64,000 nt of DNA from positions 558,001 through 622,000 of the forward strand of contig CATNEN010000015.1 in NCBI GenBank assembly GCA_950097015.1. The letters are read 5' to 3'. This document shows, in pieces, positions 47,690 to 60,354 of this stretch (the stretch's first letter is position 1; every line of letters starts with the position of its first letter). The notes beneath the pieces were generated by a model. That model was not told where the DNA came from. It saw only the letters and a list, made by a program, of their open reading frames with translations, and ran no database searches. The stretch is from Macrostomum hystrix. Lineage: Eukaryota > Animalia > Platyhelminthes. Made by a program: the position numbers and the translations under genes.

Positions 47690-49475
47690 GTGAAGTCATT
47701 CAACATCCTGAAGTCATTCAACATCCTGAAGTCATTCAACATCCTGAAGTCATTCAACATCCTGAAATCATTCAACATCCTGAAGTCATTCAACATCCTG
47801 AAGTCAATCAACATCCTGAAATCATTCAACATCCTGAAGTCATTCAACATCCTGAAGTCATTCAACATCCTGAAGTCGTTCAACATCCTGAAGTCATTCA
47901 ACATCCTGAAATCATTCAACATCCTGAAGTCATTCAACATCCTGAAGTCATTCAACATCCTGAAGTCAATCAACATCCTGAAATCATTCAACATCCTGAA
48001 GTCATTCAACATCCTGAAGTCATTCAACATCCTGAAGTCGTTCAACATCCTGAAGTCATTCAACATCCTGAAGTCATTCAACATCCTGAAGTCATTCAAC
48101 ATCCTGAAGTCATTCAACATCCTGAAGTCATTCATCATCCTGAAGTCATTCAACATCCTGAAGTCATTCAAAATCAAGAAGGTCATTTACCATCATGAAG
48201 CTATTCAACATCCTGAAGTCATTCAACATCCTGAAGTCATTCAACATCCTAAAGTCATTCAACATCCTGAAGTCATTCATCATCCTGAAGTCATTCAACA
48301 TCCTGAAGTCATTCAAAATCAAGAAGGTCATTTACCATCATGAAGCTATTCAACATCCTGAAGTCATTCAACATCCTGAAGTCATTCAACATCCTGAAAT
48401 CATTCAACATCCTGAAGTCATTCAACATCCTGAAGTCATTCAACATCCTGAAGTCATTCAACATCCTGAAGTCATTCAAAATCAAGAAGGTCATTTACCA
48501 TCATGAAGTCATTCAACATCCTGAAGTCATTCAAAATCAAGAAGGTCATTTACCATCATGAAGCTATTCAACATCCTGAAGTCATTCAACATCCTGAAGT
48601 CATTCAACATCCTGAAGTCATTCATCATCCTGAAGTCATTCAACATCCTGAAGTCATTCAAAATCAAGAAGGTCATTTACCATCATGAAGCTATTCAACA
48701 TCCTGAAGTCATTCAACATCCTGAAGTCATTCAACATCCTGAAGTCATTCAACATCCTGAAGTCATTCAACATCCTGAAGTCATTCAACATCCTAAAGTC
48801 ATTCAACATCCTGAAGTCATTCAACATCCTGAAGTCATTCAACGTCCTGAAGGTCATTTACCATCATGAAGCTTTTCAACGTCCTGAAGTCATTCAACAT
48901 CCTGAAGTCATTCATCATCCTGAAGTCATTCAACATCCTGAAGTCATTCAAAATCAAGAAGGTCATTTACCATCATGAAGCTATTCAACATCCTGAAGTC
49001 ATTCAACATCCTGAAGTCATTCAACATCCTGAAGTCATTCAACATCCTGAAGTCATTCAACATCCTGAAGTCATTCAACATCCTGAAGTCATTCAACATC
49101 CTAAAGTCATTCAACATCCTGAAGTCATTCAACATCCTGAAGTCATTCAACATCCTGAAGTCATTCAACATCCTGAAGTCATTCAACATCCTGAAGTCAT
49201 TCAACATCCTGAAGTCATTCAACATCCTGAAGTCATTCATCTTCCTGAAGTCATTTAACATCCTGAAGTCATTCAAAATCAAGAAGGTCATTTACCACCA
49301 TGAAGCTATTCAACATCCTGAAGTCATTCAACATCCTGAAGTCATTCAACATCCTGAAGTCATTCAACATCCTGAAGTCATTCAACATCCTGAAGTCATT
49401 CAACATCCTGAAGTCATTCAACATCCTGAAGTCATTCAACATCCTGAAGTCATTCAACATCCTGAAGTCATTCAA
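47690..49475. repeat. Minisatellite, 18-bp unit AAGTCATTCAACATCCTG, with a recurrent variant cassette
   Basis: Runs of the 18-mer interrupted about nine times by AAAATCAAGAAGGTCATTTACCATCATGAAG, which contains a 19-bp unit. Confidence 0.96.
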
Positions 49476-49904
49476 CTTACAGTTGTTATGAACGGAAAGC
49501 AGCAAATATTTTCGCCGTGAAATGTGTATTTTCGACGTTAGCGGCCTTGTGAGGCAAGCATAATGTGACATCGGCTCCAGACATACCGCTAAGTGTGAGA
49601 GCGCAGCTATAACATGGGAAGAGCATCCCAGCTCGTGCCTCGTTTCCCAAGCCGTCCGGCTCGCCGTCTTATCATTTTCCCGGCGCCGGTTCTCCTAATT
49701 AAATTTTCCCAGCGCCGAGTCCGGACGCGGAATCGCTCAGCCTGGCGATGAAATGAAAGTGAACGGACTAGCTGTGCTCAAGCCTGAGTGGGTCTGCGAG
49801 CTGCTGCTTGAGGTGCCTTATCGCATTTCCTTGAGGCATTTGTGCTGTTCCCCTATCCCTGAGGAACTGCGAGTTTGCTGGCTCTACTCCGTGCTGTACT
49901 GTTC

Positions 49905-50900
49905 TCTCTGTGGAGTGTCTGGGGAGGCTGTGGAGTGTCTTCGGAGGCTGTGGAGTGTCTGGGGAGGCTGTGGAGTGTCTTCGGAGGCTGTGGAGTGTCT
50001 GGGGAGGCTGTAGAGTGTCTGGGGAGGCTGTGGAGTGTCTTCGGAGGCTGTGGAGTGTCTGGGGATGCTATGGATTGTCTGGGGATGCCGTGGATTGTCT
50101 GGGGATGCTGTGGAGTGTCTTGGGAGGCTGTGGAGTGACTGGGGATGCTGTGGATTGTCTGGGGATGCTGTGGAGTGTCTTGGGAGGCTGTGGAGTGACT
50201 GGGGATGCTGTGGAGTGTCTGGGGATGCTGTGGAGTGTCTGGGGATGCTGTGGAGTGTCTTGGGAGGCTGTGGAGTGACTGGGGATGCTGTGGATTGTCT
50301 GGGGATGCTGTGGAGTGTCTGGGGATGCTGTGGAGTGTCTTGGGAGGCTGTGGAGTGACTGGGGATGCTGTGGAGTGTCTGGGGATGCTGAGGAGTGTCT
50401 TGGGAGGCTGTGGAGTGTCTTGGGAGGCTGTGGAGTGTCTTGGGAGGCTGTGGAGTGTCTTGGGAGGCTGTGGAGTGTCTTGGGAGGCTGTGGAGTGTCT
50501 TGGGAGGCTGTGGAGTGTCAGGGGATGCTGAGGAGTGTCTGGGGATGCTGAGGAGTGTCTTGGGAGGCTGTGGAGTGTCTTGGGAGGCTGTGGAGTGTCT
50601 TGGGAGGCTGTGGAGTGTCTTGGGAGGCTGTGGAGTGTCAGGGGAGGCTGTGGAGTGTCTTGGGAGGCTGTGGAGTGTCTTGGGAGGCTGTGGAGTGACT
50701 GGGGATGCCGTGGAGTGTCTGGGGAGGCTGTGGAGTGTCTTGGGATGCCGTGGATTGTCTGGGGATGTTGTGGAGTGTCTGGGGATGCTGTGAAGTGTCT
50801 GGGGAGGCTGTGGTGTACCTGGGTAGGCTGTGGTGTACCTGGGGAGGATGTGGATTTTTTCGGTAGTCCATGGAGTATTTGGGGAGGCTGTGGAGAATCT
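49905..50900. repeat. Minisatellite, 20-bp unit TGGAGTGTCTGGGGAGGCTG
   Basis: About 49 copies with variants. Confidence 0.95.
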
Positions 50901-51354
50901 CGGGTGGCTGTGTACTCTAGTCTATAGACCCATAGCTTCCCTGACACTTCTTCAGATCTTCAGTTCTTGGTTTCTCGGCCAAAGCAAATCTCAGCCAAGT
51001 CAGTCCCGGTCTATAAATTGCCTTTTTGCCTATATTTTTCTGTCCGGTCAGTTCCCCATCCTTGGCCACGCACGCAACTCTTTCATCAGCCCGGCCTTTC
51101 TCGCCCGAAATAAATAAAAGCTTTTCTCTCGACCGCTGACAGCCACAGCTCAGCCTTCTTTCCGCAGCCTTCATTTCCAGGCGTCCCCAACGCTGTTCTG
51201 AGCGGCTTTTCACCTCAGCTCGACCCCCTGCCAGCTACTGCGCACTCGCGACTGCTCAGCCAGGGTGCAGCAGGAAGATGCGTGCACTCTTGCTCGGGCT
51301 GGCGACAATCTATAGAAAAATTCTCGAACCCCTTCTACGAGTACCTAGTGAAGC

Positions 51355-51712
51355 ATCTAGGGAGGCTGTGGAGTATCTAGGGAGGCTGCGGAGTATCTAG
51401 GGAGGCTGTGGAGTATCTTGGCAGGCTGTGGAGTATCTAGAGAGCCTGTGGAGTATCTAGAGAGCCTGTGGAGTATCTAGAGAGCCTGTGGAGTATCTAG
51501 AGAGGCTGTGGAGTATCTAGAGAGGCTGTGGAGTATCTTGAGAGGCTGTGGAGTATCTAGAGAGCCTGTGGAGTATCTAGAGAGCCTGTGGAGTATCTAG
51601 AGAGGCTGTGGAGTATCTAGAGAGGCTGTGGAGTATCTTGAGAGGCTGTGGAGTATCTAGAGAGCCTGTGGAGTATCTAAGTGGCTGCGGAGTATCTAGG
51701 GAGGCTGTGGAT
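51355..51712. repeat. Minisatellite, 20-bp unit TGGAGTATCTAGAGAGGCTG, related to the 49.9 kb array
   Basis: About 18 copies. Confidence 0.94.
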
Positions 51713-52134
51713 TGTTTGCTATCATAAAAACCCGAGTTGCAAAGTTTGTGGGATTAAAAGTCGGTATTTGTTTGTTCTGGCCATTGTGCTGAGATAATTT
51801 CAGCAGTAGATTGGTCATTTCTCTATGCGAAGACAAACTGGTGATTGGAATGTGTTCTGCCCCGTGTAGTTGTTAAGCTGGTTGGTCGGGGCTGGGCAGG
51901 TCGACTCTGGGCGTGACTTTGCAAACGCTTTTCCATGCAGAAATTAGCTTGCTTTAGTGAGGCCTCAGTTGGCCGATAAGCGGGTCACCTGGAGACTGCC
52001 TGCTTGAGCTGTGCGAGATTTGTTGCAGTGCTCACATTTTGTAGGTAAATCGGCATAAAGAGATTGGGTTGAGATGGGATGGCATAGACGGGAAATATGG
52101 TGCTATTGAGGGGATTCATATTGGTGGAATATAC

Positions 52135-52315
52135 AAGAGATGGGATATGGGATACAGGGGAGATAGGATGGGATAGATGGAAGATAGGATGGGATAGATG
52201 GTAGATTGGATGGGATAGATTGGAGATTGGATGGGATAGATGGTAGATTGGATGGGATAGAGGGGAGATAGGATGGGATAGTGGGGAGATTGGATGGGAT
52301 AAAGGATAGATGAAA
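52135..52315. repeat. Short degenerate purine-rich tandem repeat (GGATGGGATAGA core)
   Basis: About 8 imperfect copies of ~21 bp. Confidence 0.8.
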
Positions 52316-52749
52316 GTAGATGAGATTTTCGGCTTACAAGAAACACCAGGGAGGCAGTTTAAATACCCGCTGCCTACTTCACGAAAGCTCCGAAACCGAA
52401 TGACTGAGTCGAACCAATTGAAGCTTAAATTTTTAATGAGCAGCTTTAAACACAGGGAATGCCCGACCTACGGGGAGTGCGCGCATGTACTTTTGCATAC
52501 CTGCCAAAGGGAATTCCAGAGAGGTGAGAGTTTGTGTTTGCCAATCGCTGCTAAAAGCAAAGTTTTGTTTTTCTTATTCCGTTAAATCATTTTTTTTCGC
52601 CCAGGACTGCGGCTGCTAAAAATCTTTGGTGCACACTTGGCACATCTCTTTCTTGTGCTGCTGAAGCGACTCGGAGAATGAGTGACTTGGCACATTCCTT
52701 TCTTGTGCTGCTGAAGCGACTCGGAGAATGAGTGACTTGGCACATTCCA

Positions 52750-53600
52750 TGTGAGTGACTTGGTGAATGAGTGACCCGGTGAATGAGTGACTTAGTGAAT
52801 GAGTGACTTGGTGAATGAGTGACTCGGTGAATGAGTGACTCGGTGAGTGAGTGACTTGGTGAATGAGTGACTTGGTGAATGAGTGACTTGGTGAGTGACT
52901 CGGTGAATGAGTGACTTGGTGAATAAGTGACTTAGTGAGTGGGTGACTCAGTGAGTGAGTGCCTTGGTGAATGAGTGACTCGGTGAGTGAGTGACTTGGT
53001 GAATGAGTGACTTGGTGAGTGCCTTGGTGAATGAGTGACTTGGTGAGTGACTCGGTGAATGAGTGACTTGGTGAATAAGTGACTTGGTGAGTGGGTGACT
53101 CAGTGAGTGAGTGCCTTGGTGAGTGGGTGACTCAGTGAGTGAGTGACTTGGTGAATAAGTGACTTGGTGAGTGGGTGACTCAGTGAGTGAGTGCCTTGGT
53201 GAGTGGGTGACTCAGTGAGTGAGTGACTTGGTGAATAAGTGACTTGGTGAGTGGGTGACTCAGTGAGTGAGTGCCTTGGTGAGTGGGTGACTCAGTGAGT
53301 GAGTGACTTGGTGAATAAGTGACTTGGTGAGTGGGTGACTCAGTGAGTGAGTGCCTTGGTGAGTGGGTGACTCAGTGAGTGAGTGACTTGGTGAATAAGT
53401 GACTCGGTGAGTGAGTGACTTGGTGAGTGAGTGACTTGGTGAATGAGTGACTTGGTGAGTGACTCGGTGAATGAGTGACTTGGTGAATAAGTGACTTGGT
53501 GAGTGAGTGACTTGGTGAATGAGTGCCTTGGTGAATGAGTGACTCGGTGAGTGAGTGACTTGGTGAGTGCCTTGGTGGGTGACTTGGTGAAGGAGTGGAT
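52750..53600. repeat. Minisatellite, 12-16 bp units GAATGAGTGACTTGGT and variants
   Basis: Tandem copies, with a higher-order pattern at 53070-53400. Confidence 0.93.
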
Positions 53601-54084
53601 GATGACTGACTCAGATAAGTTCTCACGAACTGCTGTTAGGCTGCTCAGTGCTCATCGAACTTATTTCTCTTCGACTTTAAGGTAAAAAATCTATAATGTG
53701 TGAGAGTGATGAGCCCAGCTGTTCAGCGTTTAGCCAACGATTTCCGGTATTCATTTCCATTAAGCTTCTTGTCCCTAGGTCACCTCGAGCTAGTCTTGAC
53801 ATCAGTGACCAGCCTGCAGAAAGCTGCGTGAGCACTTTCTGAGCACAGTTTTTTCGTCAATCGAATGAGAATAAAAAAGATGATTTCTGAAAAACTTATT
53901 GGCCGAAGCAGTGCCCAGTGCACGAGGTGTGGATAGGAATTTGACTAAGCTGTTAATGCGATTTCCTTTGGCACCCAAGCCGGCCTAAGACAAGGGATAA
54001 ATCACTTTGCTGATCGTGTGAGGAAAATGGATAGATATTTTATCCAGTAGAATTGTGACTTTAACTCGTTTGTCTTTCGCAACA

Positions 54085-54360
54085 AGGCCCTGAGCCCGAA
54101 GCCATCGAGGAGGCAATTCTGCCCATTCGCTGACTCCTGAGCACACACGCACACAGATACTGTACACAGGCACACGCTCACACAGGTGTGTACATCTGCC
54201 CTGACTTTCTCATCGTCAGGCAGTGTTCACTTCACTGTGCCTTGGAGGTTGGTTCTCAAGAGCGTAAATTGTACGTCAAGCCCCCAAAGCCTTCTCTCCG
54301 CGGCTGCGCCCCAAATGAATGTGGCCTCGCCGCGGAATCGAACTTAGGGACCTTGGTGCT
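54085..54360 (-). mobile_element. tRNA-derived SINE, family B, copy 2 (5' head truncated)
   Basis: B box GTTCGATTCC on the minus strand; long identity blocks with the 40.7 kb copy (GGAGGCAATTCTGCCCATT, CTGACTCCTGAGCACACACG, CACACAGGTGTGTACATCTGCC, CTTGGAGGTTGG). Confidence 0.75.
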
Positions 54361-54894
54361 AATCTAAATAGAAAGAATTGTTACATTTTCTAGGTAGTTA
54401 ACTCACTTCAAAGGAGACAAATAGCATAAAATCAAAACTTCTGGCAAAAAAACTAGTTTTCAATTCTCCCAGCGGCTCAAATTAACAAAAAAGCCTTACA
54501 TGATTAATTTGAGCCATCAAAAAACTAGCTCGCCACTTGAGCACTCACTGCTCAAAATGCTCCCTGTAATTCGCCCCAGTCACGCAAATCTTTGAGATCA
54601 GAGATGGCTGGGCGGGTGAAACAGAAAGTAAGTGATATCTGGGGCGGCCGCCACGATTGCATAACGCCCGCCTGACCTCAGGGAGGGCATCGCAACTGCT
54701 AATGATGGAGGGCCCACCCGACTCAGGCGGAGATCGATTGAGCAGTGCGATCGGAAACCGCATCGTGTCGCGGTGAGACCCCAGCAGCTGCTGCTCAGAC
54801 CTCCGCCTTCTCTGTGTCCGGCTTGTATCTAACCCCACCACTGCTGGCTGGGTTGGCTTCTGTACTCACTGCATCCGGCCTGCTCACTGCTCTG

Positions 54895-56095
54895 ACAATG
54901 CTCTCCCCCCACCCTCACTGCTCTCTCTCCCACCCTAACTGCTCTCTCTCCCACTCTCACTGCTCTCTCTCCCACCCTAACTGCTCTCTCTCCCACTCTC
55001 ACTGCTCTCTCTCCCACCCTCACTGCTCTCTCTCCCACCCTCACTGCTCTCTCTCCCACCCTAACTGCTCTCTCTCCCACTCTCACTGCTCTCTCTCCCA
55101 CCCTCACTGCTCTCTCTCCCACCCTCACTGCTCTCTCTCCCACCCTAACTGCTCTCTCTCCCACTCTCACTGCTCTCTCTCCCACCCTCACTGCTCTCTC
55201 TCCCACCCTCACTGCTCTCTCTCCCACTCTCACTGCTCTCTCTCCCACCCTCACTGCTCTCTCTCCCACCCTCACTGCTCTCTCTCCCACTCTCACTGCC
55301 CTCTCTCCCACTCTCACTGCTCTCTCTCCCACTCTCACTGCTCTCTCTCCCACCCTCACTGCTCTCCCCCCACCCTCACTGCTCTCTCTCCCACTCTCAC
55401 TGCTCTCTCTCCCACTCTCACTGCCCTCTCTCCCACCCTCACTGCTCTCCCCCCACCCTCACTGCTCTCTCTCCCACCCTAACTGCTCTCTCTCCCACTC
55501 TCACTGCCCTCTCTCCCACTCTCACTGCTCTCTCTCCCACTCTCACTGCTCTCTCTCCCACTCTCACTGCCCTCTCTCCCACTCTCACTGCTCTCTCTCC
55601 CACTCTCACTGCTCTCTCTCCCACTCTCACTGCTCTCTCTCCCACTCTCACTGCTCTCTCTCCCACTCTCACTGCCCTCTCTCCCACTCTCACTGCTCTC
55701 TCTCCCACTCTCACTGCCCTCTCTCCCACTCTCACTGCCCTCTCTCCCACTCTCACTGCTCTCTCTCCCACTCTCACTGCTCTCTCTCCCACTCTCACTG
55801 CTCTCTCTCCCACTCTCACTGCTCTCTCTCCCACTCTCACTGCCCTCTCTCCCACTCTCACTGCTCTCTCTCCCACTCTCACTGCTCTCTCTCCCACTCT
55901 CACTGCTCTCTCTCCCACTCTCACTGCCCTCTCTCCCACTCTCACTGCTCTCTCTCCCACTCTCACTGCTCTCTCTCCCACTCTCACTGCTCTCTCTCCC
56001 ACTCTCACTGCTCTCTCTCCCATTCTCACTGCTCTCTCTCCCACTCTCACTGCCCTCTCTCCCACTCTCACTGCTCTCTCTTCCGCACTCTCTCT
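54895..56095. repeat. Minisatellite, 21-bp unit CTCACTGCTCTCTCTCCCACT
   Basis: About 56 copies. Confidence 0.96.
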
Positions 56096-56512
56096 GCTCT
56101 CTCTCTCTCTCTTCTAGCCTCTGATTGGTCCATGGTGTCAGAATCCCGGATTAGGTAAACAGTTTCACTTGTAAGTCAAATCTTTAGTAATCCTTGAACA
56201 GTCATGAGCTCAGCTAATTATTAAGAGCTGGCTAATCAACAGGTTCTAGCTTGACTCCCTTCCGCCCGCAATCAGCAATCCCAAGACTGAGAAACACATT
56301 GTCAGACTGCCGTCTGTGTGTTCCACCATGCATTTGTTATGAAACATTCTAGACAATCCTGATTCAACTCCTGATTTGGACCTGTTACCGCTGGCCAACC
56401 AACGTGTCCATGAATGACATGCCCTTCAATCCTACCAGTTACGTAATTCTGTAATTCAAACAGGCCGCGCGCGCCCTAGAGAGATTGTCGGCAAAGATGA
56501 AACAGAATTACA

Positions 56513-56514
<2 letters not shown>

Positions 56515-56558
<44 letters not shown>

Positions 56559-56560
56559 AG
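56515..56560. repeat. (CTG)n microsatellite
   Basis: About 14 trinucleotide copies. Confidence 0.95.
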
Positions 56561-57104
56561 CTGTTGAGGACAGTAATCCACAAACTACACGCGCATTATG
56601 CATTTGGTCAGTGAGAGCTGGGGGAAGGGCTCGGGGGTTCCGGGAATCGACTTGACGGGCGCTGACAGCTGAGGGGGGGGGCTGAAAGCTGACGAAAGAC
56701 TGGGCTTGGTGAGGTCCGACCTCACCTGAGTAATAGGGAGCATTGAGGTCGCATTGGAAATCATTGCAGTGCTTATATTATATACTAATTACATTGACTT
56801 GCAATAATGTAATAAATACTCTTATCTCCCTTGTCAACACTTGCCCATCTGTTGACCCAGATTGACCCGCCTCAACGATTGCACAAACCCGAAACCACCT
56901 GCAGCCAAAGGTGTAACTGCCTGCGTAATAAATTATAGCCATGGTGATAGTGCCCTGCCCAGGTAACTGCAGCTTCTACATCAAATGCGCGTAATATCCT
57001 GATGCAAATGGAAAGCGTTGTTTCACACTAAATATACCACTGGATCAGCTTTGCCTTGGGGAGAGAAATAACAATGACCGGGACTTGGTGAGAGAGGTTG
57101 TAGA

Positions 57105-58080
57105 TAAGAGGATGAGGGAGACAGAGAGATTGCTGGGGAGGGAGACAGAGAGATTAGATGAGAGAGAGACAGAGAGATTGGAGGAGAGGGAGACAGAGAG
57201 ATTGGGGGAGAGGGAGACAGAGAGATTGGAGGAGAGGGAGACAGAGAGATTGGGGGAGAGGGAGATAGAGAGATTGGAGGAGAGGAAGACAGAGAGATTG
57301 GAGGAGAGGGAGACAGAGAGATTGGGGGAGAGAGAGACAGAGAGATTGGAGGAGAGGAAGACAGAGAGATTGGAGGAGAGGAAGACAGGGAGATTGGGGG
57401 AGAGGGAGACAGAGAGATTGGAGGAGAGGGAGACAGAGAGATTGGGGGAGAGGGAGACAGAGAGATTGGGGGAGTGGAAGACAGAGAGATTGGAGGAGAG
57501 GGAGACAGAGAGATTGGGGGAGAGGGAGACAGAGAGATTGGAGGAGAGGGAGACAGAGAGATTGGAGGAGAGGGAGACAGAGAGATTGGGGGAGAGGGAG
57601 ACAGAGAGATTGGGGGAGAGGGAGACAGAGAGATTGGGGGAGAGGGAGACAGAGAGATTGGGGGAGAGGGAGACAGAGAGATTGGAGGAGAGGGAGACAG
57701 AGAGATTGGGGGAGAGGGAGATAGAGAAATTGGAGGAGAGGAAGACAGAGAGATTGGAGGAGAGGAAGACAGGGAGATTGGGGGAGAGGGAGACAGAGAG
57801 ATTGGAGGAGAGGGAGACAGAGAGATTGGGGGAGAGGGAGACAGAGAGATTGGGGGAGAGGAAGACAGAGAGATTGGAGGAGAGGGAGACAGAGAGATTG
57901 GGGGAGAGGGAGACAGAGAGATTGGAGGAGAGGGAGACAGAGAGATTGGGGGAGAGGGAGACAGAGAGATTGGAGGAGAGGGAGACAGAGAGATTGGGGG
58001 AGAGGAAGACAGAGAGATTGGGGGAGAGGGAGACAGAGAGATTGGGGGAGAGGAAGACAGAGACATTGGGGGAGAGGATG
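57105..58080. repeat. Minisatellite, 24-bp purine-rich unit GGAGACAGAGAGATTGGRGGAGAG
   Basis: About 40 copies. Confidence 0.96.
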
Positions 58081-58679
58081 TCACAGAGGTGAGCGATGCA
58101 CACTGCACAGAGAGCTATGCGTGAGAGTGGATGAGGCAGTGCGGGGCAGAGCAGTGGAGCTGCATCAGGGGTGGGTGGGTAAAAGGGTATGGATATGCAA
58201 GCCCTCAGGCTGCAGTAGTAAAACTTGAGTTCTCTGAGACGCCTCAAAGCAAAGCGTGCTCAGCTAGTGTGAGTCTGAGTTGATGCAGACTGGATGCCTG
58301 CTTAAGTGCTGCCGTCCGCGTTTGAGTGGCACTTTATCCCCACAATGCTCCCAGCGACGCGATTTTGCCCCCCCGAACAGTTTATTCCCGTCAGCATCCG
58401 CAGCTCAGTGGCCCTGGCGACGGTTGCATCATCGGTGCTGCACTGCGGGCCAGCGATAACTCAACTGTCCAATAATCTGAATGGATTCAGTTGAATCATC
58501 CCTTAGCATACTCTGGGATGTAACTCAACAATCACATTTTAATCAGTTTAATAGGCTGGCTGAAGGTAATGCCGTTCACGTGTTGCATTCATTATTGCTG
58601 TAAATATGAATTAATTTTTTATCACTTCGGCTGAGATAAAGTGGCCACAATAAGAATTAGTATTTATACATTTTTATTA

Positions 58680-58835
58680 CACCTGACCCTGTTGGGCCAG
58701 ATGTGCAGCCGGCAGCGCAGCATCTGAAGGTACGCCACACCCACCTAAAATTACCGGAAGTCTTGCTACAAGGACACCAATTGTTCCCACAGAGTCAGGA
58801 ATCGAACCCTTGACCCTGAGCGCAGAGCATAGGGA
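58680..58835 (-). mobile_element. Internally deleted SINE family A fragment
   Basis: Minus strand reads GGTTCGATTCC..GTGTCCTTGTAGCAAGAC joined directly to GGTAATTTTAGGTGGGTGTGGCGTACC, i.e. the head and tail of family A without the CORE segment. Confidence 0.55.
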
Positions 58836-60354
58836 ATTTTTGTTTGCACTTTTGTCAGCGTCGTTGCTTTTTTTCTGTCGCGTAACTCCCCATTTATCTG
58901 CGCGAGCTGAAGCTGCCACCTGCCTGCCTACCTGACACGCCCGTCATAAATATTTATTGGGCCCTACCCCAGTTTCCATTTCCACCTGTGTGGCAGTTCC
59001 CGGCACTTCAGTTTGGATATTGCCAGTGACTCTGGTATCAAATATCGCCACATCTGCATCAGCTGCAATCACTGCGTGCAGTTTTGTAGCCTGACAGAAC
59101 TTTTATTGAAAGCCCCATTAGCGCCTAAGCGATGTACTTTTATGCTTTTCTCATGATTTAGCAAATGGACGAGTGACAGAGAAAATGAACATGGTAGCCA
59201 TTTTTTTCTGCTGAAACTTTATTGCGTTGAACTTTTATTAAATCGATCAATTAGCAGAAAAAAATCATTTGATGGCAACGAAACAGCTAGCAAATAATGA
59301 ACAATGACCAAACATGAGCTCTGTGACACCGCAGAATGGCCAACAATAACATATGGGGGAGTTTTTACAATCAGGCTCAATCTTCACAAACTTTAATTTC
59401 TGGAGGCCAATGCAGAGAGTAAAAATAAAAATCACATGACAATTCAATTTAGAATCTGTGAGACACAAAATATACACCGAATGAACACGAAATCAGCTCT
59501 ACCACAACAGCTGGCAGAATCGGTCAATACAGTCTATACACCAGCGCATTTAAATAAAAAAGAGCACAAAAGCACGGAAAAGCGTAAAATATTTTTTGTT
59601 TTAATCCACGAAAATTCTGATTAAACACAGCGGAAACAACACTGGGAAATTAATAGCGAATTTTGCAGTTTTTTAATTGTGCAAATTAATAATGCACAGA
59701 ATGAAAATTACTCTTGCTTGAATTTGAATTCGTGCGCAAAACCTGCAGGTTTCGGCGTTTATAACAAAAAAACTGCTGAGGGAGCGAGAATTGATGAAAC
59801 GGCGCAAATAAATGGACGCACGAGAGATTATTTCGGAATACTCAAATTGAAATTACGTAAAAATTTTACGACTTGGATGCTGGTCATTCTATTCCGGGTG
59901 GCGCCGAGAATTCTGGAACTTCTATCATCGTCAGTTTATTGAGGACAGGAAGGGAAGTGTGAGACAGAAGCTCACAACAGCAGACGGGTCGAAAAGTACA
60001 TCTCGGAGTGTACACAGCTTGGCATGTGACAATCGGTGTACATCCGACAGAGTTAGACCTTACCCTAGGGGAACGCGAAGGGAGGGATGGGGAGAGGGGA
60101 AGGAGTTTAGGAGACAGGGGGGATTTCGCATCCCAGGCCAGAAGGCGACTCCGCGCAGTTCAATTTGAAATCGGATCATCGCCGTCTCTCGGCTGGGATC
60201 TTCGCAGTTAATCTAATCAAGAAGGCCGTAGAATGAACCCGGGTCGATGAGAGTTTGCTTGAATAGAGCCATGATCAATTGAAGTTTAACTCTGGCTGGC
60301 TTTGAAGATCGGAATCTAAACTTGCCTAATTGGGATTTGTCAAAAGCATCTCGA

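Noticed and set aside
47591-49520. ILKSFN and QHPEVI repeat ORFs; superficial CRISPR-like punctuation
   Set aside because: The recurrent 19-bp unit frameshifts the ORF; the intervening segments are copies of the same monomer, not unique spacers; no cas genes, eukaryotic context.
54195-54225. Possible hammerhead ribozyme (CTGACGA..GAAA..GTC on the minus strand) in SINE B
   Set aside because: No room for stem II or III, and copy 1 has CTGACAA, breaking the core; it is a simple hairpin.
57023-58247. ERETERLE coiled-coil-like 335-aa ORF and overlapping ORFs
   Set aside because: 24-bp purine array open in several frames on both strands; no independent coding evidence.
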